A DNA stretch of 63,140 nucleotides, filler included, from Octopus bimaculoides (taxonomy: Eukaryota), in assembly GCF_001194135.2 (NCBI RefSeq). It is 7 parts of 4 records of this genome, joined end to end, with 100 filler letters (N's around TTAATTAATTAA, not from the genome) between each part and the next. Parts side by side here need not be neighbours in the genome. Positions count along the whole stretch, not along the records: positions 39,862 to 52,604 come from NC_068997.1; positions 52,705 to 56,393 come from NC_068987.1; 5 more parts are not named here. One strand, 5' to 3'. Positions 41,026-54,689 of the stretch are shown piece by piece. Numbering within the stretch: the first letter of the stretch is position 1; every line of letters begins with the position of its first letter. The translations under genes and the position numbers were made by a program. The notes beneath the pieces are model-generated. The model saw only the letters and a program-made list of their open reading frames with translations. It searched no databases and was not told the origin of the DNA.

Positions 41026-41450
41026 GACGGTGAGCTGACAGAATCGTTAGGAAGCCAGGTAAAATACTTCACAGTATTCCATCTACCTGTACATACTTAC
41101 GAAGGGGTACTGAAAAATTATTGGCTTTAAAGGTGTCACAAAAGGCCTGGCTGGAGGTCCAACCTTCCAAGTATTCTTTTGCAGGGCTTAGAAAAACTGA
41201 AGGACCGCTGCAATAAGTGTGTGAATCTGAGAGGAGAATATGTTGAATAAAATCATAATTAACGGACCCTCCTGTATTTTCCTTTATCCAAAGCCAGGAA
41301 TTTTTCAGCACCTTCTCATAGTTCAAATTCCGCCGAGGTCGACTTTGCCTTTCATCCTTTCGGGGTTGATTCAATAAACACCAGTTGCGCACTGGGGTCG
41401 ATATAATCGGTTTGCCCCAAAACTGCTGGTTTTGTTCCAAAATCTGAAAC
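41026..41450 (+). mobile_element. Deu/Nin-like SINE interrupted by a mariner MITE
   Basis: Head gacggtgagctgacagaatcgttag resumes as gttcaaattccgccgaggtcgactttgcc after the insertion. Confidence 0.75.
41100..41318 (+). mobile_element. Mariner-derived MITE (internal deletion derivative)
   Basis: TA-cgaaggggtactgaaaaattattggcttt ... aaagccaggaatttttcagcaccttctca-TA. The interior encodes the mariner C-terminus LQGLEKLKDRCNKCVNLRGEYVE*. Confidence 0.85.
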
Positions 41451-42410
41451 CAATATTTTTTTGCTATTCTTANNNNNNNNNNNNNNNNNNNNNNNNNNNN
41501 NNNNNNNNNNNNNNNNNNNNNNNNNNNNNNNNNNNNNNNNNNNNNNNNNNNNNNNNNNNNNNNNNNNNNNNNNNNNNNNNNNNNNNNNNNNNNNNNNNNN
41601 NNNNNNNNNNNNNNNNNNNNNNNNNNNNNNNNNNNNNNNNNNNNNNNNNNNNNNNNNNNNNNNNNNNNNNNNNNNNNNNNNNNNNNNNNNNNNNNNNNNN
41701 NNNNNNNNNNNNNNNNNNNNNNNNNNNNNNNNNNNNNNNNNNNNNNNNNNNNNNNNNNNNNNNNNNNNNNNNNNNNNNNNNNNNNNNNNNNNNNNNNNNN
41801 NNNNNNNNNNNNNNNNNNNNNNNNNNNNNNNNNNNNNNNNNNNNNNNNNNNNNNNNNNNNNNNNNNNNNNNNNNNNNNNNNNNNNNNNNNNNNNNNNNNN
41901 NNNNNNNNNNNNNNNNNNNNNNNNNNNNNNNNNNNNNNNNNNNNNNNNNNNNNNNNNNNNNNNNNNNNNNNNNNNNNNNNNNNNNNNNNNNNNNNNNNNN
42001 NNNNNNNNNNNNNNNNNNNNNNNNNNNNNNNNNNNNNNNNNNNNNNNNNNNNNNNNNNNNNNNNNNNNNNNNNNNNNNNNNNNNNNNNNNNNNNNNNNNN
42101 NNNNNNNNNNNNNNNNNNNNNNNNNNNNNNNNNNNNNNNNNNNNNNNNNNNNNNNNNNNNNNNNNNNNNNNNNNNNNNNNNNNNNNNNNNNNNNNNNNNN
42201 NNNNNNNNNNNNNNNNNNNNNNNNNNNNNNNNNNNNNNNNNNNNNNNNNNNNNNNNNNNNNNNNNNATATACATATACAAATGTATGCGTAATATATTTG
42301 TATACAAATATAAACATACACACACACACATATGTATACATACATACATATATATATATGTATATATGGATGTATATATATATGCATATCTATGTATGTG
42401 TATATGTGTA

Positions 42411-42453
<43 letters not shown>

Positions 42454-42943
42454 CTGTGTGTCTATGTGTATGCATATATGTAAACACATGCATCTTTCTT
42501 TCATTCTCGATCAAATAATTAAGATGGCCACAGTTCAATAAAGGATGTTGTACTTTAAAAATGCATAATATTTATTCATTTATTCACGATATTGACCTTA
42601 CAACACGCGAACAGTTTCAATGAGTTTTCGCATCTCCTCAGAGGTAAAAATATGCTTATATCAACAACTTAAAACGTTATTTCTATAAGTCAAATTGAAA
42701 CTAACAGAGGATCAGTGGCACAATAGAAATGTAGCCTGATGAGAAATTTGCAAGAAAAATATTATTAGCGCTATTGTGCAAGGGTGGGGGGGGATAGAAT
42801 TGGGTGGTAGAGAAGTCTGCTTCGAACGACATGTGAGTGAATGCCATGTGAGTGAATTTGGTAGGTGGAAACTGTGTGGAAGCTCTTGTGTCTAGCTATC
42901 TATCCATCTATCTATGTATCTATCTCTGTCTCTCTCCCTGTCT

Positions 42944-42976
<33 letters not shown>

Positions 42977-42984
42977 CATGCAGG

Positions 42985-43128
42985 TTCACTCAATTTCTGG
43001 AGCGTCATTAGTGAAATGTGTGGTTGAGCATTGTCATGAAGAATAATTGGTTCTCTTCTGCTGGGATGGAGGAATAGCAGTTTTTCGTTCAGTTTGGCAA
43101 TTTCATTACAATATGTTTCTGCAGTAAT
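42985..43128 (-). pseudogene. Mariner (DD34D-type) catalytic-domain fragment
   Basis: ITAETYCNEIAKLNEKLLFLHPSRREPIILHDNAQPHISLMTLQKLSE contains the HDNA(R/Q)PH motif. Confidence 0.85.
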
Positions 43129-43268
43129 ACCATTATTTATTATTTACAGAATTGTAAAACTCGACACTGCTTAACAAAACCATTAGCACCGAAAACACAT
43201 AATATTTTTTTTACAAAAAACAACTACAAACTAATATACTTCTTAAATTTGACAGAAATGAGCAGGCT

Positions 43269-43352
43269 GGTTCGCTGGTGTAATCGGTAACACACTTTAA
43301 CGAAGGAATGTGGATTCGAGTCTCACGTGTACGGGAAAGCCAACTTTTTTTT
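43269..43352 (+). pseudogene. tRNA-like sequence (pseudogene or SINE head) lacking a proper anticodon arm
   Basis: A-box-like tggtgtaatcggtaac, T-arm gtgga-ttcgagt-ctcac, 5/7 acceptor pairing, followed by a T-run. Confidence 0.45.
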
Positions 43353-44296
43353 CTGCCCCATTATTAGACTATTTTCCTTAGTCATTTGCACGGTGATTGC
43401 TATAAACTTTAAGCTTATAAAAAAAAATACCATTATTATTATTTACAGAATTGTAAAACTCAACACCGCTTAACAAAGCAATTCGCACCGAAAGCATATA
43501 TATATAATATGTATGTATATATGAGACGAAGCATAAATAATGGTCATTGCATGTTTTTCTTTATTGATGTAATTTTTTCCTACAGCTGTTTCCAGTTGTA
43601 ATTTTTGGTCCGTTATTGATAGGTTTACTAAATCTGTTCATTGATTAGCTGAGAAAAATTGAACGACCTCGAAAATTAACGCAATTTTCTTCAGAGTCGT
43701 GTTTTTGGTTTTTTTACGTACCCACAGCCTAGCGATTAACCCTGGAAAGTCAATAGAACAAGTGCCAGGCTCGATTTATTCGAATTACAGTAAAGATGGT
43801 GCTCCAGCATAGACGCAAATTTACCAAAATCGCCGACACGTTTAAATTGTTACTTTAACGACACTGGTGTGTCTAGAAAGTAAAACACAATTCAAAATAC
43901 TAAATTTCTTATCTTTTAATTATACTAGGAACTAATTAGCGTTCTGAATTAAGCAAAAAAAGACAAGAAACGATATCGTAGAAGGGACACACGTATAACT
44001 TTTAAATTATAGCTTGCTGTCATCACACAAATTACTATGAAACCAATTAACTGTTGATGTAACACAAAAAACATAACTTATTGAAATACGGGTGTGTATA
44101 TATACTTATAATATATATACAAACGCTGAACTGTACTAGCAATGATATTTTATTTCAGAAAAACTGCTCAAAGAGATAGAAATATTACTTTTCTAAGAGA
44201 GATTTAGAAATGTAATATTTCTATTTTTGTAGATCAGGGAATGTATTTCACTTGAAATTCTATAAGTTTTCAACAGCAGATTAGCAGCGACATCTA

Positions 44297-44366
44297 GCAA
44301 GGCCAAGCTACTCCAGACTGCTGAAGAGCAATAACCCTGAAACTAGTCTCTGGATGCTGGCTTTGC
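44297..44366 (+). ncRNA. Type I hammerhead-ribozyme-like motif with one core substitution
   Basis: gcaaggcca..tccaga-CTGcTGA-agagcaataaccct-GAAA-ctag-TC-tctgga..tggctttgc. Stem I is extended, stem III is the palindrome ACTAGT, and the triplet is GUC. Confidence 0.55.
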
Positions 44367-44679
44367 CGGATGGAGGTGCTTATCTCCCCTGTTTGAAAAA
44401 TTAAGGATACAGAACGCTTGTGTCGCGTAACCAACTAGAAACGGTGTTTCTTGGGGATAAATAGCAGTAGCATTCTTCCCTTTCCTGGGACTACCACATT
44501 AAGTTGGCAACAAGTCATCACTTTCTCAAAGAGAGTTTTTGGTTAAAATACACGGAGCTCTGCTCAAAAAATAAATGTATCGCCAAACATTGTGTTTTGA
44601 CATGGTTTTGTCTCTTCAGTGACGTTCTGGGCTAAAACGAAAATGCTTGTTCCGATATAGAAATCTGTAAACAAAAGCT

Positions 44680-44848
44680 GCAGGCGTTGGTGTGTGGTAA
44701 GAAGCTTGCTCTCCTACCACATGGTTCCGGGTTCTGTACCACTGCGTGACATCTTGGGCAAGTGTCTTCTACTATTTGCTCGGGCTGTCTAAAGCATTGT
44801 GAGTGGAGTGGATTTGCTCGACGGAAATTGAAAGCAGACCGTCGTATT
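44680..44848 (+). mobile_element. CORE-like SINE 5' half
   Basis: gtgtggtaagaagcttgct..ggttccgggttc..ccactgcgtgacatcttgggcaagtgtcttctactat. Confidence 0.8.
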
Positions 44849-44857
44849 AATGTGTGT

Positions 44858-44897
<40 letters not shown>

Positions 44898-45067
44898 GTG
44901 TGTGTGGGAGTGATGGCAAAATATAGACCTTTAATTTTAAGAATAGCAAATTATATTTATAACCTACATTTATATTTTTCTAAATCTGCTTAAAGAACTT
45001 TAAAAATAGTTTACTAACGTACACGTTTACACATACATGTATACATAATCACATATACGTATACACG

Positions 45068-45102
<35 letters not shown>

Positions 45103-45103
45103 G

Positions 45104-45137
<34 letters not shown>

Positions 45138-46222
45138 TATACACACACATACATATGCATATGTATATATACATAGTATATATATGCATATATATGCATG
45201 CATATATACACATTTATATATATAAACCCATACATACATATATATATGTATGTGTATATACAAATATATGTATATACGTATACATTTATGTGTGTGTGTG
45301 GGGGGGGGGTATTGGCTAATCGATTGAGAAGGACGTAAAGGCGTGTTTGTTAGTTTTAAATTATAATGTATCTAAGTACTAAATATAATATTACTAGGAT
45401 TATTTAGCGATAAATCTTAGGAAGTCAATAATTTTATTTCGAATCAATATGTTCGATATATGGTTAAATATTTGTAATTTCACAAAACATATCTTCATTA
45501 TGTTACTAAGAGTTGCATAAAGGGACATAATTATAAAAATAAAAGAATGCTATTGTTATAAAAGACGTTAGATACGTCTTCGTCAATATTTATCTGAATA
45601 TAAAACATGCTTTCTGCAGGTTAGAGATTCTATGTAAGTATATATATACTCTTTTACTCTTTTATTTGTTTCAGTCATTTGTCTGCGGCAATTCTGGAGC
45701 ACCGTATTTAGTTAAGCAATTCAACCCCAGGACTTATTCTTTTGTGACAGATTGGCGAAGAAGAGTGAGATGTTGACGCAAGAAAAACACCCAAACGGAT
45801 GTCTTGTGTGCCACGTTTTTACTCAGCGATCGAAATGATGACTAGTGTAATCTGTATTGCGAATCCCGACTGACTGGGATTAGTTGTTCAACCATATCTA
45901 ATGATGAAGGAATGAATGAATGAATGAATGGATGAATGAATGAGTGAATGAATGAATGAAAGACTAGCTGCGAATTAGAAACCACTCACAGTTAAAGGAT
46001 CCAAACGAGGCTTGAAATCGAGAATGATATTATGTATTACATAAAAGCAAAGTGATTTGTTACAGATGGCCACATGTTCAGCTCTGAATTAGCTTATCAA
46101 ACAAATGAATTATTCATTTGAAAAGCTCAGGCACAGCGAAACATACGGCCATCTGTAACGAATCACTTTATTTAATGTAATATACATATATATTTATGTG
46201 TGTGTGTGTGTGTGTGTATATG

Positions 46223-46280
<58 letters not shown>

Positions 46281-46524
46281 NNNNNNNNNNNNNNNNNNNN
46301 NNNNNNNNNNNNNNNNNNNNNNNNNNNNNNNNNNNNNNNNNNNNNNNNNNNNNNNNNNNNNNNNNNNNNNNNNNNNNNNNNNNNNNNNNNNNNNNNNNNN
46401 NNNNNNNNNNNNNNNNNNNNNNNNNNNNNNNNNNNNNNNNNNNNNNNNNNNNNNNNNNNNNNNNNNNNNNNNNNNNNNNNNNNNNNNNNNNNNNNNNNNN
46501 NNNNNNNNNNNNNNNNNNNNNNNN

Positions 46525-46600
<76 letters not shown>

Positions 46601-47167
46601 TTTGTGTATGCTTATATTTATGTTTGTTTGTCCACAGTATATTATTTATGCGCAGGTCTTTGTGAATATCTGTGTGTGTGTATGTGTGTGAGAGAGAGAG
46701 AGGGGGAGGAGAGAGATATGTATGTCCAAATGCGTGTGTAAGTCTATGTGTTTGCTTACATGTTTATGTTTGTGTGTGCGAGTGTATGTGCGTGTGCTTT
46801 TGTGTTTGTATGTGTACATACGTAGCATGGGATGTGAGTGTCACACACACACACGTAAACACACACACACGTAAACACACACACACGCACATACAGAGAG
46901 AGAAGATGAAGAAGTGGTATGTTCTTATGCATATATGTCAGTTTGTGCCTGTTTGCTTGTATGTATATGTGTATGTGTCCGATGTGTATGTATGCGCATT
47001 TGTACTGGTATGTGTACGGATGTGACATTGTGTGTGTGTGTGTGTGTGAAACGCTGTTGTTTCGTCGGCCATTTTGTTCTATTGCAGATAATCGCCATAT
47101 TATATGACAGAAATATTCATTAGCCCCTGGGGAGATGAAACATAAAAAAGGTATGTTTTATCTCAGC

Positions 47168-48840
47168 TACCACCACCACCACCACTACCATCACCACCAC
47201 CACTACTTTCACCACCACCACCACCACCACCACCACCACNNNNNNNNNNNNNNNNNNNNNNNNNNNNNNNNNNNNNNNNNNNNNNNNNNNNNNNNNNNNN
47301 NNNNNNNNNNNNNNNNNNNNNNNNNNNNNNNNNNNNNNNNNNNNNNNNNNNNNNNNNNNNNNNNNNNNNNNNNNNNNNNNNNNNNNNNNNNNNNNNNNNN
47401 NNNNNNNNNNNNNNNNNNNNNNNNNNNNNNNNNNNNNNNNNNNNNNNNNNNNNNNNNNNNNNNNNNNNNNNNNNNNNNNNNNNNNNNACCACCAGCACCA
47501 ACACCACAAACACCACCACCACCACCACCACCACCAACACCACCACCACAACCACTACTAATCCTGCGTCACCACTACCACTATCATTCCTATCACAATT
47601 ACAACCATCGTTTGCACCTCAAACACTACAACCGTAACCCCCACCACCGCCACCAGCACTACAACCACCACCACCATCAACACACATCAACATTATAACT
47701 ATTACCATCACCGCTACCACAACCAACACAACCTAAACTACCACCTACACTAGTACCTTACCTCTACAACCATTACTGTTTTCAACACTACCACCACAAC
47801 CATCAACATCATCACTATAAACATAATCACTACCAGCACCACTAGGACTACCGCCTAAACTACCACCAACGGTACCATTACTACTACAACCATCACTGTT
47901 GCCATCAGCACTACCTCCAATACTAGTACTACTACCACTAGTACTACCATCGCCATCACACCAACAAACCATCGCTACTACCACCGTTACAACATCACCA
48001 CTCCATACACCATCTCAACAACCACCACTACCACTACCACCGGTGGTACTATCACAACTACTACCACCATCGTTAGCACCGCTACTACAACTATCACTAG
48101 CATTGCCACGACCACCACCACTAACTCCGTCACAACAGTTATTAGTATCGTCACCATGACCATCACTAGCGACACTGACTTTACTGCTATAGACATTAAT
48201 ACCGTCACCACTGACACCACCACCATTATTATAATCAAATGCATCTTACCACGGTATATTCGACCACTAACGCTAGCAGAAACACCACCACCGCCATCAC
48301 TACTACGACCTGAACCACCAGCAATACTAATACCAATACCCACGCCACCACAACACCCATCTACAACAATTACACCCCCCCCGTCTACCGTTACCATCGC
48401 AACTACAACCTCCGCCATCATCACCATCACAACCATCATTATCACCATCATCACCACCGTTATCACACCGCCACCAGCGTCACCTGCTTCACCGCCACCA
48501 TCACTGCCATCAAACACCATCGCCATCACCACCATCACCACCACCAATACCATAACTACTACCACCACCACGTTCAACACCACTACCACCACCATAACTC
48601 CCCCATTATCACCATCCGTCACCACGCTTACCATCAGCACCACCATCATCACCACCACCACCATCACCACCACCACCACCATTAGAATTACTGCAACTAC
48701 CACCATCACCACAGCCAATACAATTACGACCACCTTTACCTATAGCCGTAGTACCATCGGACTACCACTACCACCACCACCACCATTATCACACTGCCAC
48801 CAGCATCACCAGCATCACCGCCACCATCACTACCATCAGT
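47168..48840. repeat. Degenerate (ACC/ACT/ATC)n trinucleotide low-complexity tract
   Basis: Direct reading. It generates the Thr-, His- and Val-rich ORFs in the track. Confidence 0.9.
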
Positions 48841-49206
48841 CACACACACAAACACACACACACGCACACAAACACACACAGACACACACTGAAATACAGA
48901 AACACACATACATGCACACACTTCCGGTGGATTTTACTGCCTGGTATAGATTAAGAGAACAGGTAAAGATAAGCTGATCCACACACAGAGTCACATACAC
49001 ACATACACACATGCACACATACACACACACACGCACACTTGTACACAAACATGCTTTATACTCACACTCATACACACACATACATATATATATATATATA
49101 TGCATATACATACACACGCTTACACAAGTACATACAAACACATATATAAACATGCACGAACATGCATACACATGCATCCACAAGCGTATATTAACACACA
49201 GACACG

Positions 49207-49244
<38 letters not shown>

Positions 49245-49280
49245 CCCGTTTACAGAGACACAAGCAACTGCAAAAGTATG

Positions 49281-49316
<36 letters not shown>

Positions 49317-50348
49317 CACACACACACACACACAGTCACACAACACAGATAAACAAATACATACCTATACACCCTAAAACATGCGTAAACTTAACACTGA
49401 TGTATATACATCCATCCATCCATACATCCATCCATCCATCCATACATGCGTATATGTGGATAATATATACATACATATTTATTCATACATATCATGCATA
49501 TATATATTAGATATTCGTATTTATACTTTCATAGCTTACATATGCACACATATGCACACACACACACACACACACACATACACACACAAATACATACGTG
49601 CATACATAGAGACATACATTCAGATATACATACATACAAATAGACACACATGCATACATACATATTTAGTTCCACACACACAGTCACCTGGATACAATGA
49701 TAAACATATACATACGCACAAACATATATATATATACAAAGTATGTATACATGCCCATAACTATACACTCTTATACATACGTGCATGTGTATGCACACAT
49801 GTTCGGTTACACACGTACATACACACACACATACATGGACTGACACATACCTACATTATCGTATGACCAGACCTGTACCCAACTGCATACGTGCACACAC
49901 ACATGCACGCATACATGCGTAGACACACACACACACACACTCAAGCACACACACACGCGCACATACACACACACACTCGTACGCACACCCTCACTTATAT
50001 GCAAAAAAACACATTCGCAAACACTTCCCCATCACAACACCACCGCCACCACCACCNNNNNNNNNNNNNNNNNNNNNNNNNNNNNNNNNNNNNNNNNNNN
50101 NNNNNNNNNNNNNNNNNNNCACCACCTCAACAGTGTCACTACCATCTCTACCACCTCCGCCACAACCATCACTATAACCACTACAACCATCACCACCAAC
50201 ACACAGACGGAAAGAAATACCCATGCACATATATATATATTCGTTTATTTGTTTCAGTAATTTGACTGCGGCCATGCTGGAGCACCACCTTCAGTCGAGC
50301 ATACACTGCATAAACACAACTCCACACACCCATACATTGACACAAATG

Positions 50349-50398
<50 letters not shown>

Positions 50399-51259
50399 TT
50401 TGCACATGCACATCATAAACGTACATTCATACATGCAACATAACGTACACACATGCACACACACACACTCATGTACACGCACGCAGTTACACACGCACAT
50501 GCAGAAAGACATAAAAACACACTCACATACACACACACGTATGCACTCAAACATGTATCCTCACTCGCACATATACTCATTTACACACACACACAAGCCC
50601 CACACGCAAACAATAGCATATACAAACAGCACAGTACACATACGCACACACACACACACACACACACACAGACAGAGAAACACACTATCACACATGCACA
50701 CACTCACACATACACATGTACACGATTACATTCAACATTACATACATATATATATATATATATATAGTGAAACACATAGCCACACACATAACATATACAT
50801 ATACACACATATATACACTCAAACGCAGCCACACTCATATACACAAAAGCCAACACAGATGCATCTGCAAAACAATGAATAACAATGACCCTTCGTTTTT
50901 TGTTGAAGAGATAAATGTTGTTGTTTTTTGGTAAAAAGAAAAATTACAAAAATATAAACTGTACATCAACACAGCTATACACACACACACATATACACAT
51001 ATACATGCACAAATATGCATAGAGATATACGAACGTCCACACATCCACATTCGCTTACACAATCCCATAATCCTCTCTTTCTCTCTCTGTGTCCCCGACA
51101 TCCGCCATCACCCCGAACGGTTTTAGTATACATGAAAAGCAAGCAGTAGGACAACAAGCCCTAAAAAGCACAACAAATAAACAATAAAACATATATATAT
51201 ATATGTATGTATATATGTATGTATGTATGTATGTATACATAGATACATATCATACTTCG

Positions 51260-51317
<58 letters not shown>

Positions 51318-52753
51318 NNNNNNNNNNNNNNNNNNNNNNNNNNNNNNNNNNNNNNNNNNNNNNNNNNNNNNNNNNNNNNNNNNNNNNNNNNNNNNNNNNN
51401 NNNNNNNNNNNNNNNNNNNNNNNNNNNNNNNNNNNNNNNNNNNNNNNNNNNNNNNNNNNNNNNNNNNNNNNNNNNNNNNNNNNNNNNNNNNNNNNNNNNN
51501 NNNNNNNNNNNNNNNNNNNNNNNNNNNNNNNNNNNNNNNNNNNNNNNNNNNNNNNNNNNNNNNNNNNNNNNNNNNNNNNNNNNNNNNNNNNNNNNNNNNN
51601 NNNNNNNNNNNNNNNNNNNNNNNNNNNNNNNNNNNNNNNNNNNNNNNNNNNNNNNNNNNNNNNNNNNNNNNNNNNNNNNNNNNNNNNNNNNNNNNNNNNN
51701 NNNNNNNNNNNNNNNNNNNNNNNNNNNNNNNNNNNNNNNNNNNNNNNNNNNNNNNNNNNNNNNNNNNNNNNNNNNNNNNNNNNNNNNNNNNNNNNNNNNN
51801 NNNNNNNNNNNNNNNNNNNNNNNNNNNNNNNNNNNNNNNNNNNNNNNNNNNNNNNNNNNNNNNNNNNNNNNNNNNNNNNNNNNNNNNNNNNNNNNNNNNN
51901 NNNNNNNNNNNNNNNNNNNNNNNNNNNNNNNNNNNNNNNNNNNNNNNNNNNNNNNNNNNNNNNNNNNNNNNNNNNNNNNNNNNNNNNNNNNNNNNNNNNN
52001 NNNNNNNNNNNNNNNNNNNNNNNNNNNNNNNNNNNNNNNNNNNNNNNNCAGTTGTATGTGTATTTTTATGTACAAATATACATATGCATGCACTTGTATA
52101 CAAATATACGACAGATAAATCCCCAAAATTGCAAGAACAATATCAACAACAGAAAAAAAAACAGATAAAAAAGAAAAGATATATATATATATTAAACGTA
52201 ATATATAGATGGAAACAAACAAATAAATAAAATAAAACATCTCATCTCCCCTTATAAGGAAAACCAAATTTAGATGTGCAATGAGTCGGAAAAACAGTTA
52301 CACATCAGCTTCGACACGCCATTTACATACACAGCAGATAGAAGCGTTTGGACATACGCATGCGCACACACATACACACTGCACATCACCTCCATGTACA
52401 ACGACGGCATTATCATCATAGCATAGCGCTTTAGAAACTAGCGTTATATAACAGTGAGGGCGCGTGTGTGAGCGTATGTGTAAGTGTGGGTGCTTGCGTG
52501 TGTGTGTAGGATGTGTTTTATATGAGTGTGTGTGTGTGGGTGTGTGGGTGTGGGTGTGTGTGTGTGTGGGTGTGTGTGTGTGGGTGTGTGTGTGTGGGTG
52601 TGTGNNNNNNNNNNNNNNNNNNNNNNNNNNNNNNNNNNNNNNNNNNNNTTAATTAATTAANNNNNNNNNNNNNNNNNNNNNNNNNNNNNNNNNNNNNNNN
52701 NNNNATATATATATATATATATACATACATACTAATTTATAATTATATAAAAT

Positions 52754-52923
52754 GATAAACCCGACCAACACGCTAAAATTAGACGCTAAGCTAGAAATCG
52801 ATTTACAATTAATCAAAAAATCTTATTATTTCATCTGCCCGCCTACTACCTGCGCTAATGGAGTATAGAAGTATATTTTAACGCCATTTAGCGTCTGTTT
52901 TAAGTGTGTTGGTGGGGCTTATC
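52754..52923. repeat. ~170-bp element with ~36-bp imperfect terminal inverted repeats
   Basis: gataaacccgaccaacacgctaaaattagacgctaa ... ttagcgtctgttttaagtgtgttggtggggcttatc. Confidence 0.6.
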
Positions 52924-53289
52924 CGCACCCTTTAATATAATCATTTTAAATAATTATGAATTAGTATAAAATGTTACCTACAAGGTTTTATTTCACGCTG
53001 GCCACTTGATAAAATCATCAGAGTGATTTTATACTTAATGTTATATTATATCTATATATATTACGTAAGTGTCGAACAATAAGAATGATTTCTCAATACC
53101 GCGTTGGTGGACATTTTGATTTTTATTTGTGTATTAAGGCTACCATTGGTTTCATGTTAAGAAAAATATCTTAATATCCTAACAATTTTTCAAGCCGATC
53201 ACATGGCGGAATGGTGTTCGTCTCCATTTCATTTTGGATGAAAGCACATATGTGTATGTGTATATGTGGGGGGGGGCACGCGCGCATGT

Positions 53290-53490
53290 GTGTGTGTGTG
53301 TCTTTGTATTTGTGTTTGTCTAACATCACTGCCTGGCAACCGATGTTGGGGGTCTTTACGTCCTCGTTGCCTAGCGATTCGGCAAAAGACACCTGTTGAA
53401 TAATAAGTACCTGGCTAAAACTTCTTTAACGTGGTGCCCCAGCATGGCCAGAGTTTGATGATTGAGACATGTAAGTATAAGACAAACGAT
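53290..53490 (+). mobile_element. CORE-like SINE 3' half
   Basis: caaccgatgttggggg..gattcggcaaaagacac..aataagtacc..gtgccccagcatggcca. Confidence 0.7.
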
Positions 53491-53642
53491 GAAAGATTAA
53501 ATACGAAAGCAATCAATAAAATATACCTAAACGTAGAGTCATCAACTCATGTGTATCTGTTGTGCTGCCAGGGTTTTTGTTTCCGTTGACTTGGATCACT
53601 GTGGCTATGAAATTTAAAAGATTTTAAAACTGAAATGATATT

Positions 53643-53870
53643 CTTTTCTACTCTAGTCACAAGGTCCGAAATTTTGGGGTTAGTGGGGCAGTCGATTAGC
53701 TAGATCCCAGTACGCAACTGGTACTTAATTCATCGACCCCCCCGAAAAGATGAAAGGCAAAGTCGATCTCGGCAGAATTTGAACTCAGAACGTAGCGGCA
53801 GACGAAATATCGCTAAAAATTTCGCCCAGCGTGCTAACGATTCTGCAAGCTTGCAGCCTTATCTTTAACA

Positions 53871-53940
<70 letters not shown>
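53643..53940 (-). mobile_element. Deu/Nin-like SINE followed by a (TAA)n microsatellite (53873-53940)
   Basis: Close match to 37785-37998. Confidence 0.85.
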
Positions 53941-54311
53941 GCGTCTATTTACTTTTAAGATGTGTGTCTGAGTATACTTACATACATTCATATACACATA
54001 CATACATACATACAGGCAGACAGATATACATTCATACACATAGAGATACATACATACACACAGACACACGCACATACATACATACATACATACATACATA
54101 CAGACATATATATATGTGTGTGGGTGTGGAGGTTCCGGGGCAGAGACGGAGAAAAAAGAGGAAGAGAGAGACAAAGAAATATACGCCTAGAGAGAAACAG
54201 ACAAATATATGTTAGAGCGGTAGGTAAATAGGTAACTTCGTTGAATAGTCTATTCATTCTTACCGCAGCATAGCTATGAAGCAATACAGATTTTTGCCAC
54301 ACACACACGCA

Positions 54312-54355
<44 letters not shown>

Positions 54356-54657
54356 TCAGTGTATGTAATTCCGTTTTGCTTGATGTTGCTTTTCCAATTC
54401 AAACATGTGTGAGTGCGTGAGCGTTTGAATGGACATTACAGATATAATAATAAACTGGTTAATACGTATCTGTCGTATATAAACGTTACAAATTGATATG
54501 GTTGGTGTAATGATTGGAATATTGTTATGGGTTCGTGATGAAAGCTAAGCCATCAATAACATATACATACATACACACACACACACATACATACATATAT
54601 GTATATAAGCATATATATACATATATATATACATATACATATATACAAATATATATT

Positions 54658-54689
<32 letters not shown>

